From Octopus vulgaris (Eukaryota): a stretch of 64,000 bases of DNA. Below are positions 1-10,899 of this stretch, in pieces. The stretch is from the NCBI GenBank assembly GCA_951406725.2, contig OX597818.1, positions 28,582,001-28,646,000 of the forward strand. The letters run 5' to 3'. Both the position numbers and the translations under genes were made by a program. A model generated the notes under the pieces. The model was not told the DNA's origin and did no database searches. It was given only the letters and a program-made list of their open reading frames with translations. Within the stretch, counting starts at the first letter, position 1, and the number at the start of each line of letters is the position of its first letter.

Positions 1-660
1 TTTCATCAAGTTTCAGAAAATCCCAAATATCAGTAATGCCAGATGGAATTTGCAAGCAATCCTAGCCCTTCTTATATTTTTACTTACGCCACATGTGAGA
101 GATTGCATATGGTCTGCCACTTCATCTCATATGACTGTGCAGACCACTGGTTATAGAGCTGAAGATTATGCAGAGCTATCACAAACCTTACTACTCTAGA
201 AGACTTCTTTGAAATGCTTGACAAATCACTGGAAACAAGAGCTCTCAAAACTAAAGATCAGCAGAAGCAATTAACGCTGTGAGTGAGCAATTAAGGTCAT
301 GCAAGAACTACACACCGCATGCAAGAACAAAGCTAACCTGCCATTGAGTTTCATTCTCTCTATTAGACTTGCCGCAACTTGACTATTGACTAATTTGACT
401 TTATATGACTTACCTTCTTTTTATTATTCTGGAATGCAGAATATAATTCTTTTAACAGTTATGGATCTTTTTTTCCTTTATTGTTTATTATTCTATCAGG
501 GTCCTAGTTTTTGGAAACCCACCCAAATGCAACCAAATATAAAAATTTCAAAGTTAGAGTGAACTTTTTTGAGCAAATAGAAAAAAAACCCATTGATTTG
601 CATAGTCTTCTAGCAAAAACTCGACAGAATATGATACAGGACTATGGAGTTACAAAAAAG
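1..660 (+). mobile_element. Degraded DNA-transposon-like fragment (C-terminal coding remnant plus 3' flank), family unassigned
   Basis: Broken frames read KFQKIPNISNARWN.. and ..ERAIKVMQELHTACKNKANLPL.FILS. An ERAIK-type motif resembles transposase C-termini. There is no intact ORF. Confidence 0.3.
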
Positions 661-1099
661 TTGTATCCTCAGTGCACACAGCACGGTGAGATACTGTGAC
701 CAGGTTTTGGGTAGGTGTTCTGCTTGCTATGGGCAGGTCTTCTTGAGCATGGCAGGGCACCAGCCCTCCCAATCCATTGTCATCTCTTCTGCAAGGCTCA
801 GCATTTTGAGGTCAGTTTACACAACCTCATCCCATACTGTTGGCAAAGATCTCTAATAGCAGTTACTAAGACATCTGAAGATGATGCAATACTACTATTT
901 AGTGCATCATTTTTATGAAACAAACAATTAGTATTGCATCATCTTTGAAGGAATGATGAAACATTGCATCATAATTCAACAAGTTAAAAACATTGACAGC
1001 TTGCCAACTATTCATTTGTCCTTTGTAATCCTTCCACGAAATATCAAAGAATCAAAAGCTAAGCCTTGAAGAGATTTCACAATTGTTATCCAACTTTCA

Positions 1100-1600
1100 T
1101 AAAGAATGGGAAAAAATTATTTGTGATGAATCTTCTTTTCCTGAAGAGGATAATGAAAATGATCATGCCAGTATTGCCTATTCAGAATTGGATATGATGA
1201 CAACAAAATGATTCTCCAAATCCTTCAATGATGTATGTACAGCATTATTTGAAGGATAAGTCTGAAACTGAAATGACTCAGGAAGAACAATATTGAAAGG
1301 GCACAAGAAGAACTCCATTCTACAATGTTTACATGAACAGCTTGGACCTTCCCATTTTGCAAGTAGATTTTATGATTCAGCTCTTTCATAATTTATATTA
1401 TTCATGAAGCCAAATCTGGAAATCCAAATATGGACAAATGCTGAAGGAACTTGGGTCTATAAAGATAAGTGAATAGAAATAAACTCTGCTGAATTTAGAA
1501 AGTTTATTGGATTGATTATTCTTACAGTAGTTTCCAAATCCAAGCATGAAAACATTACTCAAACTTAGAGTTTTGGAGAAAGACACCCCCTTTGCAAAAA
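1100..1600 (+). pseudogene. Degraded piggyBac-type transposase fragment
   Basis: Translation across stops and frameshifts gives GPSHFASR..WTNAEG..EFRKFIGLIILTVVSKSKHENITQ, which resembles the N-terminal half of piggyBac/PGBD transposases. Confidence 0.55.
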
Positions 1601-1839
1601 CACCGCCCCACACACACACACTCACATACACACATGAATGCATAAATGTACATATAAACTTATATACGAATACATACATCCACATGCACATATATATTGG
1701 TGATGTACACAAATACATAACAGGTATACATAATACTGAAATAAGCAACCCATATTGATTCCTGTGTGTAGAAATCAATGGCTTCATAAAGTGCAACTGT
1801 AACAACTAATGTGAAACAAACGCATACATACATACATAC

Positions 1840-3345
1840 ATCATCATCATTTAACGATGCTAGCATGGGTTGGATGGTTCGACCAGGGTCTGGGAAGCCA
1901 GGAGGCTACACCAGGCTCCAGTCTGATCTGGCAGTGTTTCTACAGCTGGCTGCCCTTCCTAAAGCCAACCACTCCGTGAGTGTAGTGGGTGCTTTTTACG
2001 TGCCACTGGTACGGAACCCAGTCAAGGCAGCGCTGGCATTGGTCATGTTCGGATGGTGCTTTTTATGTGCCACACGCACAGGTATCACAACTACAATTTC
2101 CATTTGATTTTTATTTTGATGTTGATGTACTTGACTCAATAGGTCTCCTTAAGCACAGCAGGTCGCCCTACAATCCAAGGTAAGCACAGCAAGCCGTCCT
2201 GCAGTCGATGGCACTTTGGATGGGCTGGGGCTGCTATGTGAAGCTGGTGCAGGAAACAGCCATGAACTCACGTTATTTGTCAGGTCTTCACAGTCACAGC
2301 ATATCTCCAGAGATCTCGGTCTTTCGTCATTGTCTCTGTGAGGCCCAATGATCAAAAGTCATGCTTGACCACCTCATCCCATGTCTTCCTGGGTCTACCT
2401 CTACCCCAGATTCCTTCAACTGTTTGGGTGTGGCACTTCTTCACTCATCTCTCCTCATCCATCCATAGTACATGACCATACCAGCGCAAACATCTCTCTT
2501 GCATGCCACATCCAATGCTTCTTATGTCCAGCATTTCTCTCAGGGCACTTACACTCTGTCGTCTGTGCACACTGACATTAAACATCCAGCGGATCATACT
2601 AGCTTCATTTCTTTCAAGCCTACACATGTTCTCTGCTGTCACAGCCCATATCTCACTACCTTGAAGCATGACAGTTCGCACACATGTGTCGTATAATCTA
2701 CCTTTCACTCTGAGCGAGAGACCATTTGTCACCAGTAAGGGTAGAAACTTTCTAAACTTTGCCCAGGCTATTCGTATTCTAGTGGTGACACTCTCTGAGC
2801 ATCCACCTCCACTACTAACTTGGTCATCTAGGTAGTGGAAACTATCAAGTACTTCTAGTTTCTCTCCCTGGAGTGTGATGGAATCTGCTTTCTGAGTATC
2901 TGTGGTGTCTATTGCCCCTGTGCATCTGCTGCACACGAAAGTTATCTTCTCAGTTAGTTTTCCTCTGATGTTGCTGCACCTCTTATGCGTCCATAGCTTA
3001 CAGTGGGTACATCTTATGGAGTTTCTACCTACACCTTTTCTACAGATCGAGCAGGGCCACCTACCTGAAGGGGTGCGTGGTGAGTTTGCCTTCCTACTTA
3101 CTAGAACTTTGGTCTTTGCAACATTGACTCTAAGGCCTTTTGATTCTAAACCTAGCTTCCACACCCAAAATTTCTTTTCTAGTTCCGGTAGTGATTCTGC
3201 TATGAGGGCCAGGTCATCAGCATAGAGGAACTCCCAGGGGCATCCCATCTTGAATTCCTCTGTTATTGCTTGGAGGACTATGATCAATAAAAGGGGACTG
3301 AGGGCTGAACCTTGGTGGACCCCTACTTCTACCCGGAATTATTCA
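1840..3345 (-). mobile_element. 5'-truncated RTE-clade LINE (RT C-terminus, 3' UTR, (GAT)n tail)
   Basis: ORF 2445..3287 contains YADD and LRWYGHV, with VHQGSALSPLL just upstream. The 3' UTR and tail match the copy at 57524-61150. Confidence 0.93.
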
Positions 3346-3762
3346 CTTATATTAATATAACAAATAAAAATAAAAATAATAAAAATATACAAAACATACA
3401 GAAATCAATGAAGAGAGAAAAGAAACAGTAAGATGATAGATGTTGACTTCATTAGGTATTTCTGTTTATTTAGAAACCTACAATGAACAGGTCATTTCAC
3501 AGATGCTAAACTATAAATTTCACAGGGTAAAACCTTAAAGTTGACACCACTAAGTTGAGAATGTTACAACGCAGAAAATTTCTGTCTCACTATTGGCTAA
3601 AAATACACAGTTTTTCGAGTTTTCATCAAATTCTTTCTCCACAAGTACATGGCTTCACAGGAATAAGCATGTAAAACTACATCAATATAACCGATTTTCA
3701 AATATTTTACTTCCTTTTAAGAGATGCAGATTTTATGAATGAAACAAACAAGATCTGATGCG

Positions 3763-3994
3763 GATAAGTTTAGAAAAAGGTAACTCTTGAATTCAGATAG
3801 TCAACCAAGGCATGGGTGAGGGCAGTTGCTGAGGCCATTGCTTCTGCTTTCCTTTTCTAAAGTTCTTCAGTGGCCTGTTGCTGTGGAAGGACCTTCAAGA
3901 AAAAAGGAAAGCAGAAGCAATGGCCTCAACAACTGCCCTCACCCATGTCTTGTTTGACTAACTGAATTCAGGAGTTACCCTTTTGTAAACTTAT
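3763..3994. repeat. Long imperfect inverted repeat (about 95-bp arms, about 40-bp spacer)
   Basis: CATGGGTGAGGGCAGTTGCTGAGGCCATTGCTTCTGCTTTCCTTTT is mirrored by AAAAGGAAAGCAGAAGCAATGGCCTCAACAACTGCCCTCACCCATG. Confidence 0.9.
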
Positions 3995-4453
3995 AAACAT
4001 CTAACTATTGAAGTAGAAAAATTATATCAGAAAAGCCATTTCTATTCTTTTTTCTACAAATATAATTATATATATACACATACATGTATTTAAAAACAAA
4101 AAATATTTAAATCCAGCCAGAGTCCATGTACAGTATATGATCTTCATCCTCTCATTTACATATTGTTAAAAAGAAAAGTATTGTCTAATAAATTTATTTG
4201 GTATGAACAAAAGGAAAAAAGGAGTAATTTTGGTTAATATGACATTTCAAAATTAGACTTTGGAAAGAGGGTTCCTCAGTAAAGTGGCACCCAAAATTCT
4301 ATTCTACAAGAAAGATGCTAATGATTATGTAAAAGTAGTACTTATTGAGAGGCTGATTGTACAAAATTTACTTCACTGGGATATAATATCAGAATGTACT
4401 AACACTAAATTTTTTGTTAATAATTTTTGTTAATAAATTGCTTATATACTTAC

Positions 4454-4495
4454 CAGTAGGTTTCTTTGAAACATTAACGTAAGTACCAACCATGT
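4454..4495 (-). CDS. Putative host micro-exon B' (42 nt, phase 1-1), xMVGTYVNVSKKPT
   Basis: Minus strand reads TTTCTTAAAG|ACATGG...CCTACTG|GTAAGT. The frame is open and it is a paralog of exon 5770-5811. Confidence 0.55.
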
Positions 4496-4740
4496 CTTTA
4501 AGAAATTAGAAAAAGAACAAATAGCATGGCTATAAATAATATTTAAATTAAGATAGCTGTGTACTGATTCTACCATAATAAATACTAATGAGATACACTC
4601 AAACACAGTCACATATACATACATGCATATTAATACACAAAAGTTAGAGAGTGACATACTTCATAATAGTTAGCTGTCTGTCTATTTTAAAGATAGGTTC
4701 TAAGATCGTGCTGTGTACTAACAATATCAATTGTACTTAT

Positions 4741-4800
4741 GTGGTTGTTTCATTTCTAAATATTTGGGCTCGCTAACTTCAGCATATTGTTCTTCCACAA
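4741..4800 (-). CDS. Putative host micro-exon A' (60 nt), xVEEQYAEVSEPKYLEMKQP; donor site reads ATAAGT
   Basis: Acceptor is TTTCTTGAAG and it is a paralog of exon 6025-6084. The donor GT is replaced by AT, and read-through gives HKYN-stop at 4727. Confidence 0.55.
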
Positions 4801-5307
4801 CTTCAAGAAATAGAATAAAAGGCATATTTATTGCTTTCAGGGTGTGATTTAAATATTTTGATGATACACAAAAAGTAGCAGCTATATATATTTAGTACAG
4901 TTTGCACTATTTCCATCACTTCAATATTTGGTTGTGATATTTAACTTTAAGGGAAGCTATTCACAAATATGTTTAGAGCAATAAGGGTTTTTCTAAGATA
5001 AATATCTTGCTAGAGTTATAAATAAACAGGAGTGATTTTGGATACTAGAGGAGAACAGTTAATCACATTTACTATTGCAAATTTATTCCCATTCATTGTA
5101 TCTCATGCCTTAGCAAATATCTACTGAATTCATCATTACTTAATTATTTAGATTTTTTTGTACAAATAAAGCTTTCAAAGTAAATGTTTATGAACTACAT
5201 CATTAAGGGTAAGGATTGATAAAAAGGTAAAATATTAGAGTTAAATAGGAATATCTGTAAGAAGTTTATCGTATATGCAATGGAATTTTAATATTTTGAA
5301 AGGTTTT

Positions 5308-5665
5308 TAGGTGTGGCTGTGAGGTAAGAAGTTTAATTTCCAAACACATGGGTCTGGGTTTAGTCACATGATGAGGCACCTTGGGCGAGTGTATTCTGCT
5401 ATAATCCTGGGCTGACCAAAATCTTGTGAATGGATTTGGTATATATATAAGGGAGTGTGTGTGCCTTTGCGTTTGATCCCCATCACCACTTGACAATTGT
5501 GTTGATTTGTTCACATCCACAAAACTTAGCAGTTTAGCAAAAGAAACCAATAGAATAAGTAAAAGGCTTAAAAATAATAAGTACTCAGGTGGATTTGTTG
5601 GACTAAACCCTTGAAAGTGGTGCCTTAGCATGGCTGCAGTCCATTGACTGAAACAAATAAAAGAC
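5308..5665 (+). mobile_element. Degraded tRNA-derived SINE
   Basis: A-box-like GTGGCTGTGAGGTAAG, a degenerate B box and a GGCACCTTGGGCGAGTG core. Related pieces occur near 14690-14890, 21360-21440 and 50830-50900. Confidence 0.7.
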
Positions 5666-5769
5666 ATGCATTAAGCTGCCTATACTACTCAAAGAAAGAG
5701 TGAACCAAAATTTTGCTAACTCTTGCTCTAATGAATGAAAATTTATTATTGGATTGCTTATATAATTAC

Positions 5770-5811
5770 CATCAGGTTTCCTTGAAACATTAACATAAGA
5801 AATCTTCATGT
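5770..5811 (-). CDS. Putative host micro-exon B (42 nt, phase 1-1), xMKISYVNVSRKPD
   Basis: Minus strand reads TTTTTAAAG|ACATGA...CCTGATG|GTAATT, with an open frame. Confidence 0.6.
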
Positions 5812-6024
5812 CTTTAAAAAATAAAAAATAAAAACAGCATTATGTTAGTATTGTGTTGATACTACAATAATAAATGCTAATGAGACAGACTCAAACTCAC
5901 TCATACACACATATTAATAGATAAAAGTTAGAGAATGATACATTTCATGACTGTTAGCTTTCTGTTAATGTTTAAGATAATTTTTAAGATCATGCTGTGT
6001 ACTAACAATATTGTTTATACTTAC

Positions 6025-6084
6025 CTGCTGGTTTCAATTCTAAATAACTGGGCCCACTAGCTTCAGCATATTGCTCTTCATTAG
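6025..6084 (-). CDS. Putative host micro-exon A (60 nt, phase 1-1), xNEEQYAEASGPSYLELKPA
   Basis: Minus strand reads TTTTTTGAAG|CTAATG...CCAGCAG|GTAAGT. The sites are canonical and the exon splices in frame to B and A'. Confidence 0.65.
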
Positions 6085-7081
6085 CTTCAAAAAATTATAT
6101 AAAGATGTGCACATTTATTGTTTGGAGAGGATAGTTTTAATATTTTGATATTGTACAAAAAGTAACTAAAAAAAATAAAATACTAGTGAGATCTGTGGAA
6201 ATTCCACAGAACGAAAGAGATTAAGCAAAGCTATTTAAGAAAGAAAGGATGATTGTTATTTGTATTTTGCTAAGTGATTTCACTTCCAGTTGCAAAATAG
6301 TATATGATTTTAAAATTTTCTTCTGCTAAGCACCTTATATTTCTCTCTTTCTCTCTACCTCTTCAACGAACATTTTAACCATGTAATTCCCCTCTTCATG
6401 TCTTTAACATTTCCCTCTTTCTCTTTCCAACCTACAGTATGTCATTAACACTTCTCTCTCCCACTTTCCTCTCATCGTATTTGTGTCTTGCTCTTTGCCT
6501 CCCACTTCAACTAACTACGTGATGCATTTGACCTTAGCGTATTATTATACTCCTCTCTTCTTGCTTCTCTAACCATATTTCTCCCTCTCTCTCATTCCAC
6601 TTCCACCTCTCTAACAAACGAAAGTATAACAGGTGAACAAAGAAGCAAATTATTATATAGATAGTGTATATTTTATATGCAACAATGTTTTCATACATGC
6701 TACCCCAAGAAACCGAACTAAATCACCTCTTTTAAACTGCATCTTTCTCTTCTTCACATTTCCTCTTCATGCCATTAAAAACCACTCCTAAGTATGGTTC
6801 ACCTATTGACATTTGTCCTTTATCCTTACCATCAATGAGCTAACCTCCACTATTGTTATTGATGTTCCCTTTTTCCACTATTCACCACATCTTACATCTG
6901 CTGCCACTTCCAACAGACAGCCATTCCATGTTCATACCACAAATGATCCTCCACCCTTCAAATTCGTATCCCTTTCTCAATTTCCCCACCAATCACAACT
7001 GCCAGCCCCACAACTCATGACCCTATAATGAGCCCTCCATCATTCTCCTGTCGAAAGTGCTATTCTGCTGCTGTAAGAAAC

Positions 7082-7418
7082 AAAAACAGAATACACCATA
7101 CATTTATACCATACATATTGCCATCTCTGTACTGTGAGTTACCACTTCCTTTCCTTTGTACTATTTCCAGTCAGCATCTATTCCTTATTCTTACTGTGTC
7201 CACTTATATACGTAAATCCTTTCCCTGTTCATGCTTTATTACATCTCCTAAAAACAGAATACACCATACATTTATACCATACATATTGCCATCTCTGTAC
7301 TGTGAGTTACCACTTCCTTTCCTTTGTACTATTTCCAGTCAGCATCTATTCCTTATTCTTACTGTTTCCACTTATATACGTAAATCCTTTCCCTGTTCAT
7401 GCTTTATTACATCTCCTA
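7082..7418. repeat. Tandem duplication, 2 x 168 bp
   Basis: AAAAACAGAATACACCATAC...TTACATCTCCT begins at 7082 and again at 7250, with one visible mismatch. Confidence 0.95.
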
Positions 7419-7618
7419 TGTTCATTTGACCTGTTTTATTCCATGGTTTGTATTCACCTCCTTTTCTCCCAAACTCTTACAACCTTACACACCAGCATCC
7501 CTGATTCTGAAGTATCATCACTATAAATACAGAATGGAAAAAGATATGTGAGTGGAGGTCAAGTAGACAGCACGAATGTGTGTGTGTATATGATTGATTG
7601 ATTCCATATATATATATA

Positions 7619-7684
<66 letters not shown>

Positions 7685-7737
7685 TGTGTGTGTGTGTGTA
7701 TGTATGCTTCTCTGGAGACTGTCAGAATGATATAAAT

Positions 7738-7780
7738 GTCTCCGATGAGAACCCAATAAGGTTCGAAAATCGATTAAGGT
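7738..7780 (+). ncRNA. Minimal type I hammerhead-like ribozyme motif (CCGAUGA core variant)
   Basis: gtct-CCGATGA-GAACC-caataa-GGTTC-GAAA-ATCGAT-TA-aggt: a paired stem II and the palindromic stem III typical of PLE hammerheads. Confidence 0.7.
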
Positions 7781-7848
7781 TGTTAATTGTATTTTTTCAG
7801 TCTGCAGAGAAATGGCTAAAATTTGCTTTGTTTATAATTATACCATAT

Positions 7849-7925
<77 letters not shown>

Positions 7926-7927
<2 letters not shown>

Positions 7928-8731
7928 CATCATCATAGCGTCCGTTTTCCATGCTAGCATGGGTTGGACGGGTCAACTGGGGTCTGTGAAGCTGGAAGGC
8001 TTCGTCAGGCCCAGTCAGATCTGGCAGTGTTTCTACGGCTGGATGCCCTTCCTAACGCCAACCACTCCGCGAGTGTAGTGGGTGTTTTTTACGTGCCACC
8101 TGCACAGGTGCCAGACAGAGCTGGCGAACGGCCACGAACGGATGGTGCTTTTACGTGTCACCGGCACGGGGCCAGGCGATGCTGGCAACGGACACGAACG
8201 GATGGTGCTTTTACGTGCCACCGACACGGGGCCAGACAGAGCTGGCAACCGGCCACGAATGGACGGTGCTTTTACGTGTCACCGGCACGGGGCCAGCCGA
8301 GGCTGGCAACGGACGCGAACGGATGGTGCTTTTACGTGCCACCGACACGGTTGCCAGACAGAGCTGGCAAACGGCCACGAGCGGACGGTGCTTTTACGTG
8401 TCACCGGCACGGGGGCCAGCCGAGGCTGGCAACGGACGCGAACAGATGGTGCTTTTACGTGCCACCGACATGGTTGCCAGACAGAGCTTGCAAACGGCCA
8501 CGAGCGGACGGTGCTTTTACGTGTCACCGGCACGGGGCCAGCCGAGGCTGGCAACGGACACGGACAGATGGTGCTTTTACGTGCCACCGACACGGGGCCA
8601 GACAGAGCTGGCAAACGGCCACGAACGGATGGTGCTTTTACGTGCCACCGACACGGGGCCAGACAGATGGCCAACGGCCACGAACGGATGGTGCTTTTAC
8701 GTGTCACCGGCACGGGGCCACGCGAGGCTGG

Positions 8732-8735
<4 letters not shown>
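7926..8735 (-). mobile_element. RTE 3'-tail/SINE-like element with an 11-unit expansion of a ~60-bp module
   Basis: 7926-8080 matches the RTE 3' terminus. GGTGCTTTTACGTG(C/T)CACC recurs 11 times at about 60-bp spacing. Both sides are (TA)n. Confidence 0.9.
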
Positions 8736-8780
<45 letters not shown>

Positions 8781-8809
8781 GCATATATATATATATATAT
8801 ATATATACA

Positions 8810-8864
<55 letters not shown>

Positions 8865-9003
8865 TGAAGGCAGCAGTTTGCAGTGTTTCACCAAAAAGGA
8901 AAACTATAATTGTCACTAAATGTGACTAGTGTGTTAGAAACACATACATTGCTAGAAATATGAGCTAAAATGCTCTAATGTTGTGTAAGTGTACGTATAT
9001 ATA

Positions 9004-9036
<33 letters not shown>

Positions 9037-9038
<2 letters not shown>

Positions 9039-10652
9039 GTGGGGGGAAATCAATATTCGTATATGTCAAAATTCTTTATCTATTTAATTTCTAATGAACA
9101 TAAATGGAATATACCAATACTATATTTGCATACACATGCATAAACTAAGAATATGCAAAAGAAACTAATAAATTATAGTAACTAAGGAATTTATAGACAA
9201 TTATAAATATTTAGGGTTGGAAAAAGTATTCGTACAGAATAAATTTTTGATTTTCTATGCCACAAAATACTGTTATAATATTTATTTTTAATAGAACTTT
9301 CTTGTTTGTTCCAATAATCTTATCAGTTGTCATTTTTAAGTATCAAAACGCTATCTTCTTCATTCAGCAGTGAGACAACATAAAGTAGTATCGTAATAAT
9401 GGCGAAAAGTAAAGAACTCCCAAATACAGTGAAAAACTTAATTATTGAACAGTGGAAAGGAGGTAAAAGTTACAGGAAAATATCAGAGACCCTTTGTATT
9501 CCATTTTCTACCATATCTTCATTTATTCAAAGATATAAAATATTGGGAACTGTTGAAAACAGAATAAGATCTGGTGCATCACGCAAGATTTCCCCTAGAG
9601 CTTTAAGAAAAATGAAGCGAAGAATCAAAAAAAAAAAAATGCAATGATCACCAGAAAGGAGTTGCAAGAAGATTTGTTAGCTTCAGGGACTAGTGTTACA
9701 CTACAAACAATCAGCAATGAACTTCATAGGAATGAACTGAAGTTACGCTCTCCTAGAATAACTCCACTGTTGACTAAAAGGCATAGAGATGCCCATTAAA
9801 AATTTGTTTTTTTGAACATAAAGATAAAACTGATACATTCTGGGAAAATGTTCTATAGACAGACGAGTCGAAAATTGAATTGTTTGGATGAAAGTTCGTG
9901 TAGCCATGTTTGGAGGAAAGATGGTACCGCCTATTCGCCGAAAAACACAATTCCTACCGTAAAGTTTGGAGGTTGCAGCATCATGGTGTGGGGGTGTTTC
10001 TCTGCAAATGATACTGGCAATTTACATGTGATAGATGGTGGAATGAATGCAGAGATGTACGAAAATATTTTGAACAATAATTTATGGGACCCTGTACAAA
10101 AGCTCCAGCTTTGTGAAGGGTGGGTTTTACTACAGGATAACGACCCTAAACACACAGCGAAGTCTACCAAAAAATGGATTGTTGATCACAATATAAAATT
10201 ATTAGAATGGCCAAGCCTGTCACCTGACTTGAACCTCATTGAAAATTTGTGGTGTTATTTGAAAATTAAGATTCATTCAAGAACCCCAACGTATTGCAGA
10301 TTTGAAGAAAATTTGTCAAGAAGAATGGGAAAAATTCCTAAAGAAACATGCAAGTCATTGATTAAGAACTACAAGGAGAGATTGGTTGAAGTGGAACTGA
10401 ATAATGGTTATGCTACGAAGTATTAAATCAGAATTATCAGTTATTTATGTTCTGTATGAATACTTTTTTCACCCCTAAATATTTATAATTGTATATAAGT
10501 TCCTTAGTTACTATAATTTATTAGTTTCTTTTGCATATTCTTAGTTTATGCATGCGTATGCAAATAGAATATTGGTATATCCTATTTATGTTCATTAGAA
10601 ATTAAATAAATAAAGAATTTTGACATATACGAATATTTATTTCCCCCCACTG
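9037..10652 (+). mobile_element. Tc1-family transposon with ~205-bp IR/DR-type TIRs
   Basis: CAGTGGGGGGAAAT... at the left and ...ATTTCCCCCCACTG followed by TA at the right. Each TIR has an internal direct repeat (TATTCGTA). Confidence 0.95.
9399..10426 (+). pseudogene. Tc1 DD34E transposase, frameshifted
   Basis: Paired-like HTH N-terminus plus TDESK, MVWGCF, QDNDPKH and SPDLNLIENLW, split by frameshifts and stops. Confidence 0.92.
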
Positions 10653-10693
10653 TATACATATATATATATATGTATATATATATACATATGTAC

Positions 10694-10797
10694 AGGGAGG
10701 TGTTTTGGGACCATAGTTTACATTCATGTGATGATTACAATATAATCTGTAATACCCATGTATATCTGGTGGGTCTCTGTGGGTGTGTAACATATAC
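10694..10797 (-). CDS. Candidate upstream exon of the Tyr-motif gene (104 nt, phase 2 to 1), YMLHTHRDPPDIHGYYRLYCNHHMNVNYGPKTPP
   Basis: Acceptor TTTCATCTAG. Only one frame is open and it is phase-compatible with exon 6025-6084, but the donor GTACAT is weak. Confidence 0.25.
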
Positions 10798-10899
10798 CTA
10801 GATGAAACTATGAAGATCATTACATTCAGAAACTATGTAATTAATAGGCATTAAGAAGTAATTGTATCATGCAAACATAAAATCAAAGCATCCTTTCTA

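Noticed and set aside
5308-5380. tRNA gene
   Set aside because: Only a degenerate A/B-box SINE head is present, with no complete cloverleaf.
8075-8735. CRISPR-like array of regularly spaced repeats
   Set aside because: The spacers are homologous to each other, there are no cas genes, the context is eukaryotic, and the module is part of the RTE 3' UTR.
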